64,000 bases of DNA. Origin: an uncultured Aliarcobacter sp. GTDB lineage: Bacteria > Campylobacterota > Campylobacteria > Campylobacterales > Arcobacteraceae. The notes under the pieces are model-generated. The model did no database searches. It was given only the letters and a program-made list of their open reading frames with translations, and had not been told where the DNA came from. The first letter of the stretch is position 1. The number at the start of each line of letters is the position of its first letter. This document shows positions 9,801 to 19,576 of this stretch, in pieces. The stretch is taken from positions 2,368,001 through 2,432,000 of the forward strand of contig OY781945.1 in the NCBI GenBank assembly GCA_963677435.1. The letters are read 5' to 3'. The translations under genes were made by a program, and so were the position numbers.

Positions 9801-11072
9801 TTATTTAGTACCTACACATTTTTTAGTAACTGTGTTGTAGCTTCCACAATTAACTGGTTTTGTCCAATCAGAGATTAAATCTTTAGATCCTGGTAAGAAA
9901 TCTGACCAAGCATCACCTGCAATCTCTTTTGTTGAAGAAACAGTTTCAAATTGTCCATCTTCTTGAATCTCACCGATTAATACAGGTTTTGTAATGTGGT
10001 GATTTTTAAGCATAGTTGCAGTTCCACCTGTTAAGTTTGGAACACTTAAACCAATAATCGCATCACTAACTTTTGAAACATCTGTAGTTCCAGCTTTTTC
10101 AACAGCTTTTACCCATAAATTAAATCCAATGTATGTAGCTTCCATTGGGTCATTTGTAACTCTTTTGTCATCTTTGATAAATTTGTGCCATGTTGAAATG
10201 AAATCTTTGTTGATTTTTGTATCAGCACTTTCAAAATAATTCCATGCAGCTAAATGTCCAACTAAAGGTTTTGTATCAATTCCTGAAAGTTCTTCTTCAC
10301 CAACAGAGAATGCAATAACTGGAATATCTTCAGCTTTTACACCTTGGTTTCCTAACTCTTTATAAAATGGAATATTTGCATCTCCATTGATAGTTGAAAC
10401 AACTGCTGTTTTAACTCCAGTTGAACCGAATTTTTTAATATCAGATACGATTGATTGCCAATCAGAGTGACCAAATGGCGTATAATTAATCATAATATCT
10501 TCTTTTTTAATACCTTTAGAGATTAAATAAGCTTCTAAGATTTTGTTTGTAGTTCTTGGATACACATAGTCAGTTCCAGCTAATACAAATCTTTTTACAC
10601 CCATCTCTTTCATTAGATAATCAACAGCTGGAATTGCTTGTTGGTTTGGCGCAGCACCTGTATAAAATACATTTTTACTTGATTCTTCACCCTCATATTG
10701 AACAGGGTAAAATAGTAAACCATTTAACTCTTCAACAACTGGAAGAACAGATTTTCTAGAAACTGATGTCCAACAACCAAATGTAACATCAACTTTATCT
10801 TTTGTTAAAAGCCCTCTCATTTTTTCAGCAAATAAAGGCCAGTTTGAAGCAGGATCTACAACAACTGGTTCAATTTTTTTACCCAAGATTCCACCTTTTT
10901 TATTTTGCTCATCAATCAACATCAAAACCGTATCTTTTAATGTAGTTTCAGAAATAGCCATAGTTCCAGATAAAGAGTGTAAAACCCCAACTTTGATAGT
11001 ATCAGCAGCGTGAACTAACATTCCACCAAGTAATGCAGAAGTAACGATTGCTTTTGCAAATAATCTTTTCAT
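9801..11072 (-). CDS. urtA: Urea ABC transporter substrate-binding protein
   Basis: IKVGVLHSLSGTMAISE, FGCWTSVSRKSVLP, YPVQYEG, GAAPNQQ. Confidence 0.95.
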   Translation of the reverse strand: MKRLFAKAIVTSALLGGMLVHAADTIKVGVLHSLSGTMAISETTLKDTVLMLIDEQNKKGGILGKKIEPVVVDPASNWPLFAEKMRGLLTKDKVDVTFGCWTSVSRKSVLPVVEELNGLLFYPVQYEGEESSKNVFYTGAAPNQQAIPAVDYLMKEMGVKRFVLAGTDYVYPRTTNKILEAYLISKGIKKEDIMINYTPFGHSDWQSIVSDIKKFGSTGVKTAVVSTINGDANIPFYKELGNQGVKAEDIPVIAFSVGEEELSGIDTKPLVGHLAAWNYFESADTKINKDFISTWHKFIKDDKRVTNDPMEATYIGFNLWVKAVEKAGTTDVSKVSDAIIGLSVPNLTGGTATMLKNHHITKPVLIGEIQEDGQFETVSSTKEIAGDAWSDFLPGSKDLISDWTKPVNCGSYNTVTKKCVGTK

Positions 11073-11113
11073 AAAATCTCCTTTTAGTTTAAGTCCTTTT
11101 GACTTCTAAGAGA

Positions 11114-11147
11114 AGTATAAAATAGAAGTGTTGTTTAAGTGTTGCTT
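11114..11147 (-). promoter_or_regulatory. Putative urtA promoter: -10 TATACT preceded by an 11-bp tandem direct repeat
   Basis: Minus strand AAGCAACACTT AAACAACACTT-N6-TATACT. Confidence 0.5.
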
Positions 11148-11277
11148 TTGGTGATTGGGTTGAGAGGTTGGTGTATAGATTTTAGACAGAGGGAGTTTTT
11201 TGTATTTTTAATAAAAAATATCTATTTTCAGCATTATTATATTATTATCTACTTCAATTAACTCTCAAAGGAACAGT

Positions 11278-13137
11278 GTGCAATTTTTAAAAAAACTATT
11301 TGGAATAAAAAATAAGAAGGAACCAATTATTGTTCAAGACGAAAAAGAGAATGATAATGATGAAAAAATTAGCTTTTTTGATGAAATGGGAAAAGAATAT
11401 TATGTCACAAGAAGGGTATGGATTAAAGATGTTTTAATCCCTAATTTAGAAAAAAATTATGATAAACCTGATGAACTATATACATTAATTATTAGAGCAT
11501 TAAATGATGGCCTTAATGAATTCGTTGTTGATGCCAGTTATAAATTATATGAAATTGATAAAGAAAGAGAAAGAGCTGGATGTATTTATGCAATTGTACT
11601 AATGAAAAATAAAAGATTAGATGAGGCTAAATTAGTATTAGAAAAAACTATACAAGAAATTGGAAAAACTGGAGTATTACTTACAAATCTAGCAAAAGTA
11701 TATGCCGATTGGAATGATTTTGAGATGGTGGAAAAAATATTATTTGAGGGATTAGAATTAGATCCAAATCAAAATAATGGAATGGATTGGTATCTTGCAT
11801 TGCACAAAGAAAAAGAAGGAGAAGAAGGTTATCATAAGACTTTAATAAAATTAAGTAAAATTAAAGATGCATGGAGACCATTACTTTATCTTGCAGATAT
11901 ATCACTCAAGAATAAAGACATTAATACAGCAATGTCATATTATAAAAAAATACTATCAATTAATCCTAATCCTCCATCTGATTGTTTAATACATATAAGT
12001 AGTTCACTTGGACTCAATAATTACATTGAGGAATTAATAACATTTATTGAACCTATATTTAATGAGAATATTCATGAATTTGGACTAGGAAACAACCTAA
12101 TAAAAGCATACATAGATTCAAAAGAGTATGAAAAAGCAAATATTATAATAGAAAAATATTTTGTACTAAATAACCCAACAATAAGAAAAAGCTTATCTTA
12201 TTGGAAAAATGAACTAGAATCATTAACTAAAAAGAAAACAATATATAATTCAGAATCACCAATTAGTCATTTTAGCTTAGATAAACCAATATGGTCATGC
12301 AACATATCAATAGAAAATGAAATTATACACATGAAAAAAGAAAATGATTTAAAGCTTTTTGTATTTAGTGCAAGTGTTTCTATAGATAACGAGGAAGGTC
12401 ATCATGATGAAAATATCATGATAAAAATTGGAAGATTAAGTAGAGGGATAGCTTTAACTATTTGTGATAAAATAAATCTTTCAACAGATATAAAAGCTAT
12501 AACAATTATTCCAATGCTAAATAATGGATTTGCTCTTTTTTCAGAAAAATATAGTAAAGAAACAATCAATGGATTTTTAAAAATACACCCATCTGATATT
12601 GCTATATTTCCTCATCTATCTATAAAAAATGATTTATGGATTATAGAATTATTTATCTACAACTATAACTCTGATGAAGATTCAAAAGTGATTTCAAAAG
12701 AGTTTAATGAGAATAATCAATCAACTAAACTGAAAGAATTAAATACTGAATTATTTAACTTTATAAAAAATGAATATTCTGTAAATATAATTGAACCTTT
12801 ATTTAATACAGAAATAGCAAGTAATATATTTAGTGATTATATTTATGCTAGTGAAAGTAATTTAGCATTGTTGATGGCTTCAAATATTGAAAATACAGAT
12901 AATTTTTTATACGGAGAACGAAATATTCTTGATAATATACTTTACTTTACATTATTAGAAGAAAGAACTCTTATACAAGTATTAATGTTTTTATCTGCAT
13001 TAGCAAATAATAAAAAATACAATTCAAATATATATAAAGAATATGAAAAAAAAGCAAATAAACTTATAAAAGATTCTAATTTTAAAGAAGAAATACAATT
13101 GATATTAAACAATATTATACATAGTATTTATAACTAG
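11278..13137 (+). CDS. Tetratricopeptide-repeat protein, function unknown
   Basis: TPR-like helices (LLTNLAKVY..GLELDPN; AMSYYKKILSINPNP); very AT-rich; GTG start with AGGA RBS. Confidence 0.7.
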   Translation: MQFLKKLFGIKNKKEPIIVQDEKENDNDEKISFFDEMGKEYYVTRRVWIKDVLIPNLEKNYDKPDELYTLIIRALNDGLNEFVVDASYKLYEIDKERERAGCIYAIVLMKNKRLDEAKLVLEKTIQEIGKTGVLLTNLAKVYADWNDFEMVEKILFEGLELDPNQNNGMDWYLALHKEKEGEEGYHKTLIKLSKIKDAWRPLLYLADISLKNKDINTAMSYYKKILSINPNPPSDCLIHISSSLGLNNYIEELITFIEPIFNENIHEFGLGNNLIKAYIDSKEYEKANIIIEKYFVLNNPTIRKSLSYWKNELESLTKKKTIYNSESPISHFSLDKPIWSCNISIENEIIHMKKENDLKLFVFSASVSIDNEEGHHDENIMIKIGRLSRGIALTICDKINLSTDIKAITIIPMLNNGFALFSEKYSKETINGFLKIHPSDIAIFPHLSIKNDLWIIELFIYNYNSDEDSKVISKEFNENNQSTKLKELNTELFNFIKNEYSVNIIEPLFNTEIASNIFSDYIYASESNLALLMASNIENTDNFLYGERNILDNILYFTLLEERTLIQVLMFLSALANNKKYNSNIYKEYEKKANKLIKDSNFKEEIQLILNNIIHSIYN

Positions 13138-13148
13138 TATCAACTTTT

Positions 13149-13186
13149 CTTCGTTCCCAATTTCTATCTGGATTGGGAATGAATAC
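13149..13186 (+). repeat. REP-like imperfect palindrome, copy 2
   Basis: CTTCGTTCCCAATTTCTATCTGGATTGGGAATGAATAC immediately after the TPR gene stop. Confidence 0.65.
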
Positions 13187-13330
13187 TTTAATACCAATAA
13201 ATAAAGTCCATCAATTTTAAGCTCTAAATTCATTTTTTTTAAATCAAGAAAAAATAACAATTTGCAATATTTTTAAAGTAAAACTAATTTTTTTGATAAA
13301 GTTATAAAACAACTTTTCAAAGGTGATTTT

Positions 13331-14018
13331 ATGGATAATATTTCAAATATTGTACTTTACAATGATGGTGAATTAGAACTAAAAGTTTCTGTAAATGAAG
13401 ACACAATTTGGCTTACACAGAAGCAACTATCAGAACTTTTCAGTGTAACTAAACAAAATATAAGTTTGCATATAAACAATATTTTTAAAGATAAAGAACT
13501 TAATACAAATTCAACTGTCAAGTTTTTCTTGATAGTTCAAAAAGAAGGGAATAGAGAAATTCAAAGAAATATTGAACACTATAATCTTGATATGATTATA
13601 TCAATAGGATATATAGTAAACTCAATTACAGCTACAAAATTTCGTCAATGGGCAACATCTATTTTAAGAAATTACATTAAAAATGGCTATGTAATAAATG
13701 CAGATAAAATCACTAATGAAAGATTTGTAAATTTAGAAAATGATGTAAATATTTTAAAATCTCAAATGAATGATGTCAAATCACTTATAAAAAACAATAC
13801 TTTAGAAACAACTCCAACTTGATTTTGAAAAATACTCAAAACAGTACAACAATATCACTCTAAAAACATTCAAAGATTCTCACGATAGATTTTTAATCTT
13901 AGATAAAAAAGAAATTTATCATATTGGTGCTAGTTTGAAGGATTTGGGCAAAAAATGGTTCGCTTTTTCTAAGATAAATTTGGAAATATCAGAGTTATTG
14001 GAAAAATTAAATGAATAA
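13331..14018 (+). pseudogene. RhuM-family protein gene, frameshifted and probably internally deleted
   Basis: 13331-13822 encodes TIWLTQKQLSELF..HYNLDMIISIGY..FRQWAT (RhuM). A C-terminal KQLQLDFEKY..SHDRFLILD..YHIGASLKDLGKKWFAF segment continues in another frame at 13806-14018. Confidence 0.8.
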
Positions 14019-14143
14019 AAATAGAATCTTTTAATCTTGATATTTCTTTATTACCAAGCTATGAATAAAATTCCTCTGCAAAATACTAATCATATTTACA
14101 AAAATTTAATTTCCCCAAGCAAGCAACAATGAGCTAAATCTAT

Positions 14144-14668
14144 TTACTCTCTTACTAAAAATATCTCTTTATCTTCCATATTGTATTCTACACATTCAAT
14201 TATCTTTTTTTCATCAAGATTATTACCTACACCTACACCATCTAAGACTATAAACTCTTGTTTATCTTCTATACAGATTAAAGGAAAATGCCATGTTCCT
14301 CTATTTAAATGAACACCTTGATCTCCATTTGTTTTAAATATTTCTAAAGTTGATAAATCTGGCTCTCTACCCCCTAAAGCAACAACACAATAAAAAGGCT
14401 CCTTACTTCTTGGTACAAATGTTTGAGAAAAAAATGGATGTTTCTCTAACATATTTATATGTAGTGGAAATATTCTACCTTTTCCTATATAAATATGTAA
14501 AATTGATTTTCCTCCTTGTTCATGTGCATCCAGATTACATAGATCATGAAATTTTTCAGCAGACCCTCTATTTATAATCATAGATTCTCTACCTTCTTTT
14601 TCTATCACTTCACCAAATTTCTTAAATGTTTCTCTTGTTAGAGGTTTTGATTTTATTTCTATTCTCAT
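14144..14668 (-). CDS. allA: Ureidoglycolate lyase
   Basis: PLTRETFKKFGEVI, LEKHPFFSQTFVP, QGVHLNRGTWHFPL motifs. Confidence 0.85.
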   Translation of the reverse strand: MRIEIKSKPLTRETFKKFGEVIEKEGRESMIINRGSAEKFHDLCNLDAHEQGGKSILHIYIGKGRIFPLHINMLEKHPFFSQTFVPRSKEPFYCVVALGGREPDLSTLEIFKTNGDQGVHLNRGTWHFPLICIEDKQEFIVLDGVGVGNNLDEKKIIECVEYNMEDKEIFLVRE

Positions 14669-15030
14669 ATTATATTTTTAACTCATCTTTTTTTATATTT
14701 TTTAAATATTAAACCTAAAATTATTTATAGAAAATCACCATATGTAGCGGTTTAATAGCTGGGATTTTATCATAAATTCAATTACAAAAAGGATAAACTT
14801 TTTATTTTAATCATGTGTATAAACTTTATTTCTAATCTGTATATAAATTATTCATTTAAATGTACAGATATTGTTTAAAAAAATCTTTACAAAAAACTAT
14901 CCAAGGTATAAAATATCATCAGAAAACATATTTTAATGTTTTAAAAATATATTAACTCTTATATCAGAAGAGTAATGTCAATAGGTGGATTCATATTAGA
15001 TCTAAATTTTGAAAAATCAAGGAATATAAC

Positions 15031-16125
15031 ATGACTAATAATAGAAGAGAATTTATAAAAAAAACAGGTTTAGCAGGTATTGGTGCTGCAATTGCAATAC
15101 CATCAATAGCAAGTGCAGATGAAAAAAAAACATTTAGATGGAAAATGACAAATTGTTATGGTGCTGGAGCTCCATTTTATTCAACAGGTCCTGGAAGTGC
15201 AACTTATTTTTGCCAAAGAGTTGAAGAGTTATCAGATGGAAGATTAAAAATTAAACATTATCCAGCAGGTGAACTCATTCCTGCAATGGGTGGATTTGAT
15301 GCTGTTTCAGAAGGAAGTGTTCAGATGAATTGGGGAAATTCATTTTTTTGGGCAGGAAAAACATTTGCAGCTCAATACTTTACAGCAGTACCATTTGGAA
15401 TGACTTTTCAAGGTACAAATGCTTGGTTACAATTTGGTGGAGGACAAGAACTTTGGGATGAAGTCTATAAACCATTTAATATGATTGGTTTAGCAGCTGG
15501 AAATACAGGTACTCAAATGACTGGATGGTTTAAAAAAGAGCTTAATACCCTTGAAGATTTAAATGGACTTAGAATGAGAATTCCAGGTCTTGCAGGAAAA
15601 GTTCTTGAGCAATTAGGTGTAAGTGTAAAACTACTACCAGGTGGAGAAATTTTTCCAGCACTAGAAAGAGGAGTTATTGATGCAGCAGAATTTGTAGGAC
15701 CATTCCAAGATAGAAGAATGGGATTTCAAAAAGCAGCTAAATATTATTATACTACAGGTTGGGGAGAACCTAGTAATACTACTGAATGTTTAATTAATAA
15801 AGATGCATGGAATACATTACCAAAAGATTTACAAGCAATAGTAAAAACTGTTGCAGCTGAGTGTAATCTTATGGGATTATCTTGGTCAGAAGCTAATAAC
15901 TCAGAAGCTTTGGATGATTTAGTAAAAAATCAAGGAGTAATTGTAAAAACGCTTCCTGATGCTATTATTAAAAAATTAAGAGAGATCACATTTGCTACTT
16001 ATGACGAGTTAATAAAAAAAGATCCCCTAGTTAAAAAAGTACATGAAAGTTACTTTGCTTTTAAAACAATTCATGATAGTTGGCAAGATAAAAGTGAATT
16101 GGTTGTTATGACAAAGCTATTGTAA
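15031..16125 (+). CDS. TRAP transporter substrate-binding protein (DctP, TakP-like), Tat-exported
   Basis: RREFIKK twin-arginine signal; FTAVPFG, GNTGTQMTGWF, RMRIPG, ERGVIDAAEFVGP. Confidence 0.9.
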   Translation: MTNNRREFIKKTGLAGIGAAIAIPSIASADEKKTFRWKMTNCYGAGAPFYSTGPGSATYFCQRVEELSDGRLKIKHYPAGELIPAMGGFDAVSEGSVQMNWGNSFFWAGKTFAAQYFTAVPFGMTFQGTNAWLQFGGGQELWDEVYKPFNMIGLAAGNTGTQMTGWFKKELNTLEDLNGLRMRIPGLAGKVLEQLGVSVKLLPGGEIFPALERGVIDAAEFVGPFQDRRMGFQKAAKYYYTTGWGEPSNTTECLINKDAWNTLPKDLQAIVKTVAAECNLMGLSWSEANNSEALDDLVKNQGVIVKTLPDAIIKKLREITFATYDELIKKDPLVKKVHESYFAFKTIHDSWQDKSELVVMTKLL

Positions 16126-16634
16126 TGAAAAGTTTATTAGATATCTCCAAAGGACTAGATAGGTTCAATGAACATATTGGTCAAATAACTTCTTGGTTAA
16201 TTTTTATATTAGTTTTACAAGTTGCAGCAGATGTACTTTTTAGATATTTTTTTCATGTGAGTTCTATAGCTGAACAAGAGTTGCAATGGCATATTTTAGC
16301 TGCCATTGCAATGTTTGGTTCAGCTTATACTTTTCAACAAAAAGAACATGTACGAGTTGATCTTTTTTATCATCTTTATGGTGAAAAAACAAAACAATGG
16401 ATGGATTTATTAATTCCTTTATTTATAATAATTCCTTTTTCACTTTTTGTAATTTATTTATCAAGTAAATATGTAATGCAATCTTATTCAATGGGTGAAG
16501 TTTCACCAGATCCTGGTGGTTTACCTTATAGATATTTAGTGAAATCTTTAATTCCTATTGGATTCACTTTAATACTAATTCAAGGCTTATCAGTTATGTT
16601 AAAAGCCATAACTCAAATAAAAGGGGAAAATTAA
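16125..16634 (+). CDS. TRAP transporter small permease (DctQ)
   Basis: ELQWH..AYT..HVRVD, SPDPGGLP motifs. Confidence 0.9.
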   Translation: MKSLLDISKGLDRFNEHIGQITSWLIFILVLQVAADVLFRYFFHVSSIAEQELQWHILAAIAMFGSAYTFQQKEHVRVDLFYHLYGEKTKQWMDLLIPLFIIIPFSLFVIYLSSKYVMQSYSMGEVSPDPGGLPYRYLVKSLIPIGFTLILIQGLSVMLKAITQIKGEN

Positions 16635-16637
16635 TTT

Positions 16638-17963
16638 ATGGATCCGCAAATATTAGCAATCATGATGATTGTATCTCTTTTTACACTTATTTTATTAGGA
16701 ATTCCAGTTGCCTTTGCAATTGCAGGTGCTGGACTTGCTTTTGGACTTATGGGTATTGATTCTAATTTATTTAACTTACTTCCATCAAGAATTTTTGGGG
16801 TATTAACAAATTATACAATGCTAGCTATTCCTTTATTTGTGTTTATGGGAATATTATTAGAAAAATCCAGATTAGCTGAAAAAATGCTAGATGTTTTAGG
16901 ACTATTATCTGGTAAAAAACCTGGTGGAATGGCCATTGCCATTATTGTTGTTGGTATTCTTATGGGTGCTTCAACGGGAATTGTTGGAGCTACAGTTGTA
17001 ACACTTACCATGATAGCTTTACCAACATTGTTAAAAAGAAATTATAGTCATAGTGTTTCGTGTGGTACTATTTGTGCCTCTGGAACTTTAGGTCAAATTT
17101 TGCCTCCAAGTTTAGTTCTTATTTTACTTGCAGATATTAGTGGGGAAGCAATAGGTCCTTTATTTGCAGCGGCGCTTATTCCAGGTCTTCTTTTAGCTGG
17201 ATGTTATATTTTATATATAATACTTTTAAGTAAATTTGCACCACATATTGTTCCACCAATTGATGAAGAAGAGAGAGCTTTATATTCAAAAAAAGAGTTA
17301 TGGATAGAGTTCTTTAAATCTGTTGCGCCACCATTTCTTTTGATTTTTGCTGTTTTAGGTTCTATTATTGGAGGACTTGCAGCTCCCACAGAAGCTGCTT
17401 CAATGGGTGCAATTGGTTCATTAATTATTGTTTTTTTTAGTAAAAGATTAACATTAAACATTTTAAAAGAGACTTTATATGAAACTATGAAAGTTACTGG
17501 GATGATTATGTTTGTTCTTATCGCCTCTCAAGTTTTTTCATTAAGCTTTAGGGGATTAGATGGGGATTATTTGGTTGAAGATCTCTTTGCTGCAATACCT
17601 GGAGGGATGTGGGGATCTATTTTATTTATGATGGTTATTCTTTTTATTTTAGGATTTTTTCTAGAATGGATTGAAATTTCATATATTGTATTACCTTTGG
17701 TATTACCAATATTCCATGCACTAGATATAAATATGATTTGGTTAGGAATTTTAGTTGCTCTAAATCTTCAAACCTCATTTTTAACACCTCCTTTTGGTTG
17801 GTCCTTATTCTTTTTAAAAGGAGTAGCGCCAAAAGAGATTAAAACAATTGAAATTTATAAGGGTGTATTGCCTTTTATTGCAATTCAAATTATAGTAATT
17901 GCCTTAGTAATGATTTTTCCAGAAATAGCCTTATGGCTACCAAAAACAATAGGATGGATGTAA
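16638..17963 (+). CDS. TRAP transporter large permease (DctM)
   Basis: AIPLFVFMG, GTLGQILPPS, PTEAA, TSFLTPPFG. Confidence 0.92.
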   Translation: MDPQILAIMMIVSLFTLILLGIPVAFAIAGAGLAFGLMGIDSNLFNLLPSRIFGVLTNYTMLAIPLFVFMGILLEKSRLAEKMLDVLGLLSGKKPGGMAIAIIVVGILMGASTGIVGATVVTLTMIALPTLLKRNYSHSVSCGTICASGTLGQILPPSLVLILLADISGEAIGPLFAAALIPGLLLAGCYILYIILLSKFAPHIVPPIDEEERALYSKKELWIEFFKSVAPPFLLIFAVLGSIIGGLAAPTEAASMGAIGSLIIVFFSKRLTLNILKETLYETMKVTGMIMFVLIASQVFSLSFRGLDGDYLVEDLFAAIPGGMWGSILFMMVILFILGFFLEWIEISYIVLPLVLPIFHALDINMIWLGILVALNLQTSFLTPPFGWSLFFLKGVAPKEIKTIEIYKGVLPFIAIQIIVIALVMIFPEIALWLPKTIGWM

Positions 17964-17964
17964 T

Positions 17965-19560
17965 ATGAATAATTTACCTTTAACTCAAACCTCTCAAAAC
18001 GGTATGGTTGTTTCACCACACCATAGTGCCTCAGATGCAGGAGTTGAAATATTAAAAAATGGGGGTAATGCAATAGAGGCAGCAATAGCTGTAGCTGCCT
18101 CTTTAGCTGTGCATTATCCTCACATGACAGGAATTGGTGGAGATGCTTTTTGGCTTATTTATGACCCAAAAGAGGGAGTTAGTTTTATTGAGGCATCAGG
18201 ATATTCTGGATTTGATATAAATATGGAATTATATAAAGATGTTAAACAAATTCCTTTTAGAGGAAAATTAGCTGCAAATAGTGTTGCAGGAGCAGTTTCT
18301 GCATGGAATTTGGCTTACAAAAAAAGTGAAACGGAATGGAAAGGAACTATTTCTAAAACGCAACTTATGTCAGAAGCAGTGGATTCAGCAAAAAATGGAA
18401 TAGTAGTAACTCAATCTTTATCTCAAACTTTAGAAGATAAAAAAGAAGAACTTTTTTCAGATTCAGATTTTGCTGATGTTTATTATCCAAAAGGTTTAAC
18501 CCCTAAAAAAGGAGATAAATTAATCCAAACAAAGTTATCACAAACTTTAAAATCTCTTGGGGAAAAAGGCTTTGATGATTTTTATAGGGGTGATTTATCA
18601 AAAGATATTGCCAATGATTTTTTGACTAAAAAAGGTTTTATAACATTAAAAGATTTACAAGAGCATGAAGCAAGTTGGAAAACTCCACTTGAATTAAAAA
18701 CAACCCATGCAAAATTATTTAATGCTTCAGCTCCAACTCAAGGGGTTGCTTCTTTAATGATTTTAGGGCTTTTTGATAGATGGGTTGAAAAACTTCCATC
18801 AAAAGATTCTTCAAATCATATTCATCTTTTAGTTGAAGCTACAAAAATAGCTTTTAGACATAGGGATAAAATGAGTACTTCTGCAACTTCAGAAGAACTC
18901 CAAGCTTGGCTTGAACCAGAATACTTAGACAAACTAAGTGAAGAAATAGATTTAGAAAAAACAATACAATGGGGCAAAAATAGTGCACCAGGAGACACAA
19001 CTTGGTTTGGTGCAATTGATTCAAAAGGTAGAGTTGTAAGTGCAATTCAAAGTATTTATCATGAGTTTGGAAGTGGATTAATGTTACCAGAAACTGGAAT
19101 TGTTTGGCAAAATAGAGGATGTAGTTTTTCTTTGGATTCTTCTCATATTCAATCTTTAATGCCACATAAAAAGCCATTTCATACACTAAATCCAGCAATT
19201 GCACTTTTTAATGATGGAAGAGTTATGGCATATGGAACAATGGGTGGAGATGGACAACCACAAACTCAAGCTGCTATTTTTTCTAGATATGCATATTATG
19301 ATGAAGATTTACAAACAGCAATAAATAACCCAAGATGGTTATTAGGTAGAACTTGGGGAAATTCTTCTGAAAGTTTAAAACTTGAATCAAGATTTGATGA
19401 AAAGTTAATTGAGGAATTAAAAGCAAAAGGTCATGATGTTGAAATCTTAACAGAATTAGATTCTGCAGTTGGACATGCAGGAGCATTAGTTTATGATACA
19501 TCAAAAATAATAAAAGGGGCATTTGACCCAAGAAGTGATGGTAAAGCATCAAGCTTCTAA
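17965..19560 (+). CDS. Gamma-glutamyltranspeptidase-like Ntn hydrolase, probable oxamate amidohydrolase (HpxW-like)
   Basis: GGNAIEAA, PHMTGIGGDAF, GD/TTWF autocleavage Thr, IQSIYHEFGSG, PFHTLNP, GTMGGDGQPQTQ, PRWLLGRTWG; no signal peptide. Confidence 0.8.
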   Translation: MNNLPLTQTSQNGMVVSPHHSASDAGVEILKNGGNAIEAAIAVAASLAVHYPHMTGIGGDAFWLIYDPKEGVSFIEASGYSGFDINMELYKDVKQIPFRGKLAANSVAGAVSAWNLAYKKSETEWKGTISKTQLMSEAVDSAKNGIVVTQSLSQTLEDKKEELFSDSDFADVYYPKGLTPKKGDKLIQTKLSQTLKSLGEKGFDDFYRGDLSKDIANDFLTKKGFITLKDLQEHEASWKTPLELKTTHAKLFNASAPTQGVASLMILGLFDRWVEKLPSKDSSNHIHLLVEATKIAFRHRDKMSTSATSEELQAWLEPEYLDKLSEEIDLEKTIQWGKNSAPGDTTWFGAIDSKGRVVSAIQSIYHEFGSGLMLPETGIVWQNRGCSFSLDSSHIQSLMPHKKPFHTLNPAIALFNDGRVMAYGTMGGDGQPQTQAAIFSRYAYYDEDLQTAINNPRWLLGRTWGNSSESLKLESRFDEKLIEELKAKGHDVEILTELDSAVGHAGALVYDTSKIIKGAFDPRSDGKASSF

Positions 19561-19576
19561 ATAAGGACAAATTTTT

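Noticed and set aside
13128..13307. TTATAAC..GTTATAA inverted pair around REP copy 2 as a possible attC site
   Set aside because: Span of 180 bp is too long, there is no convincing internal pairing, and the right end is better explained as an extended -10 promoter of the RhuM gene
14730..15030. Possible purine, xanthine or guanidine riboswitch upstream of allA or dctP
   Set aside because: Only weak hairpins (14732-14769, 14951-14976); no conserved aptamer nucleotides recognised by eye. An Rfam scan would settle it
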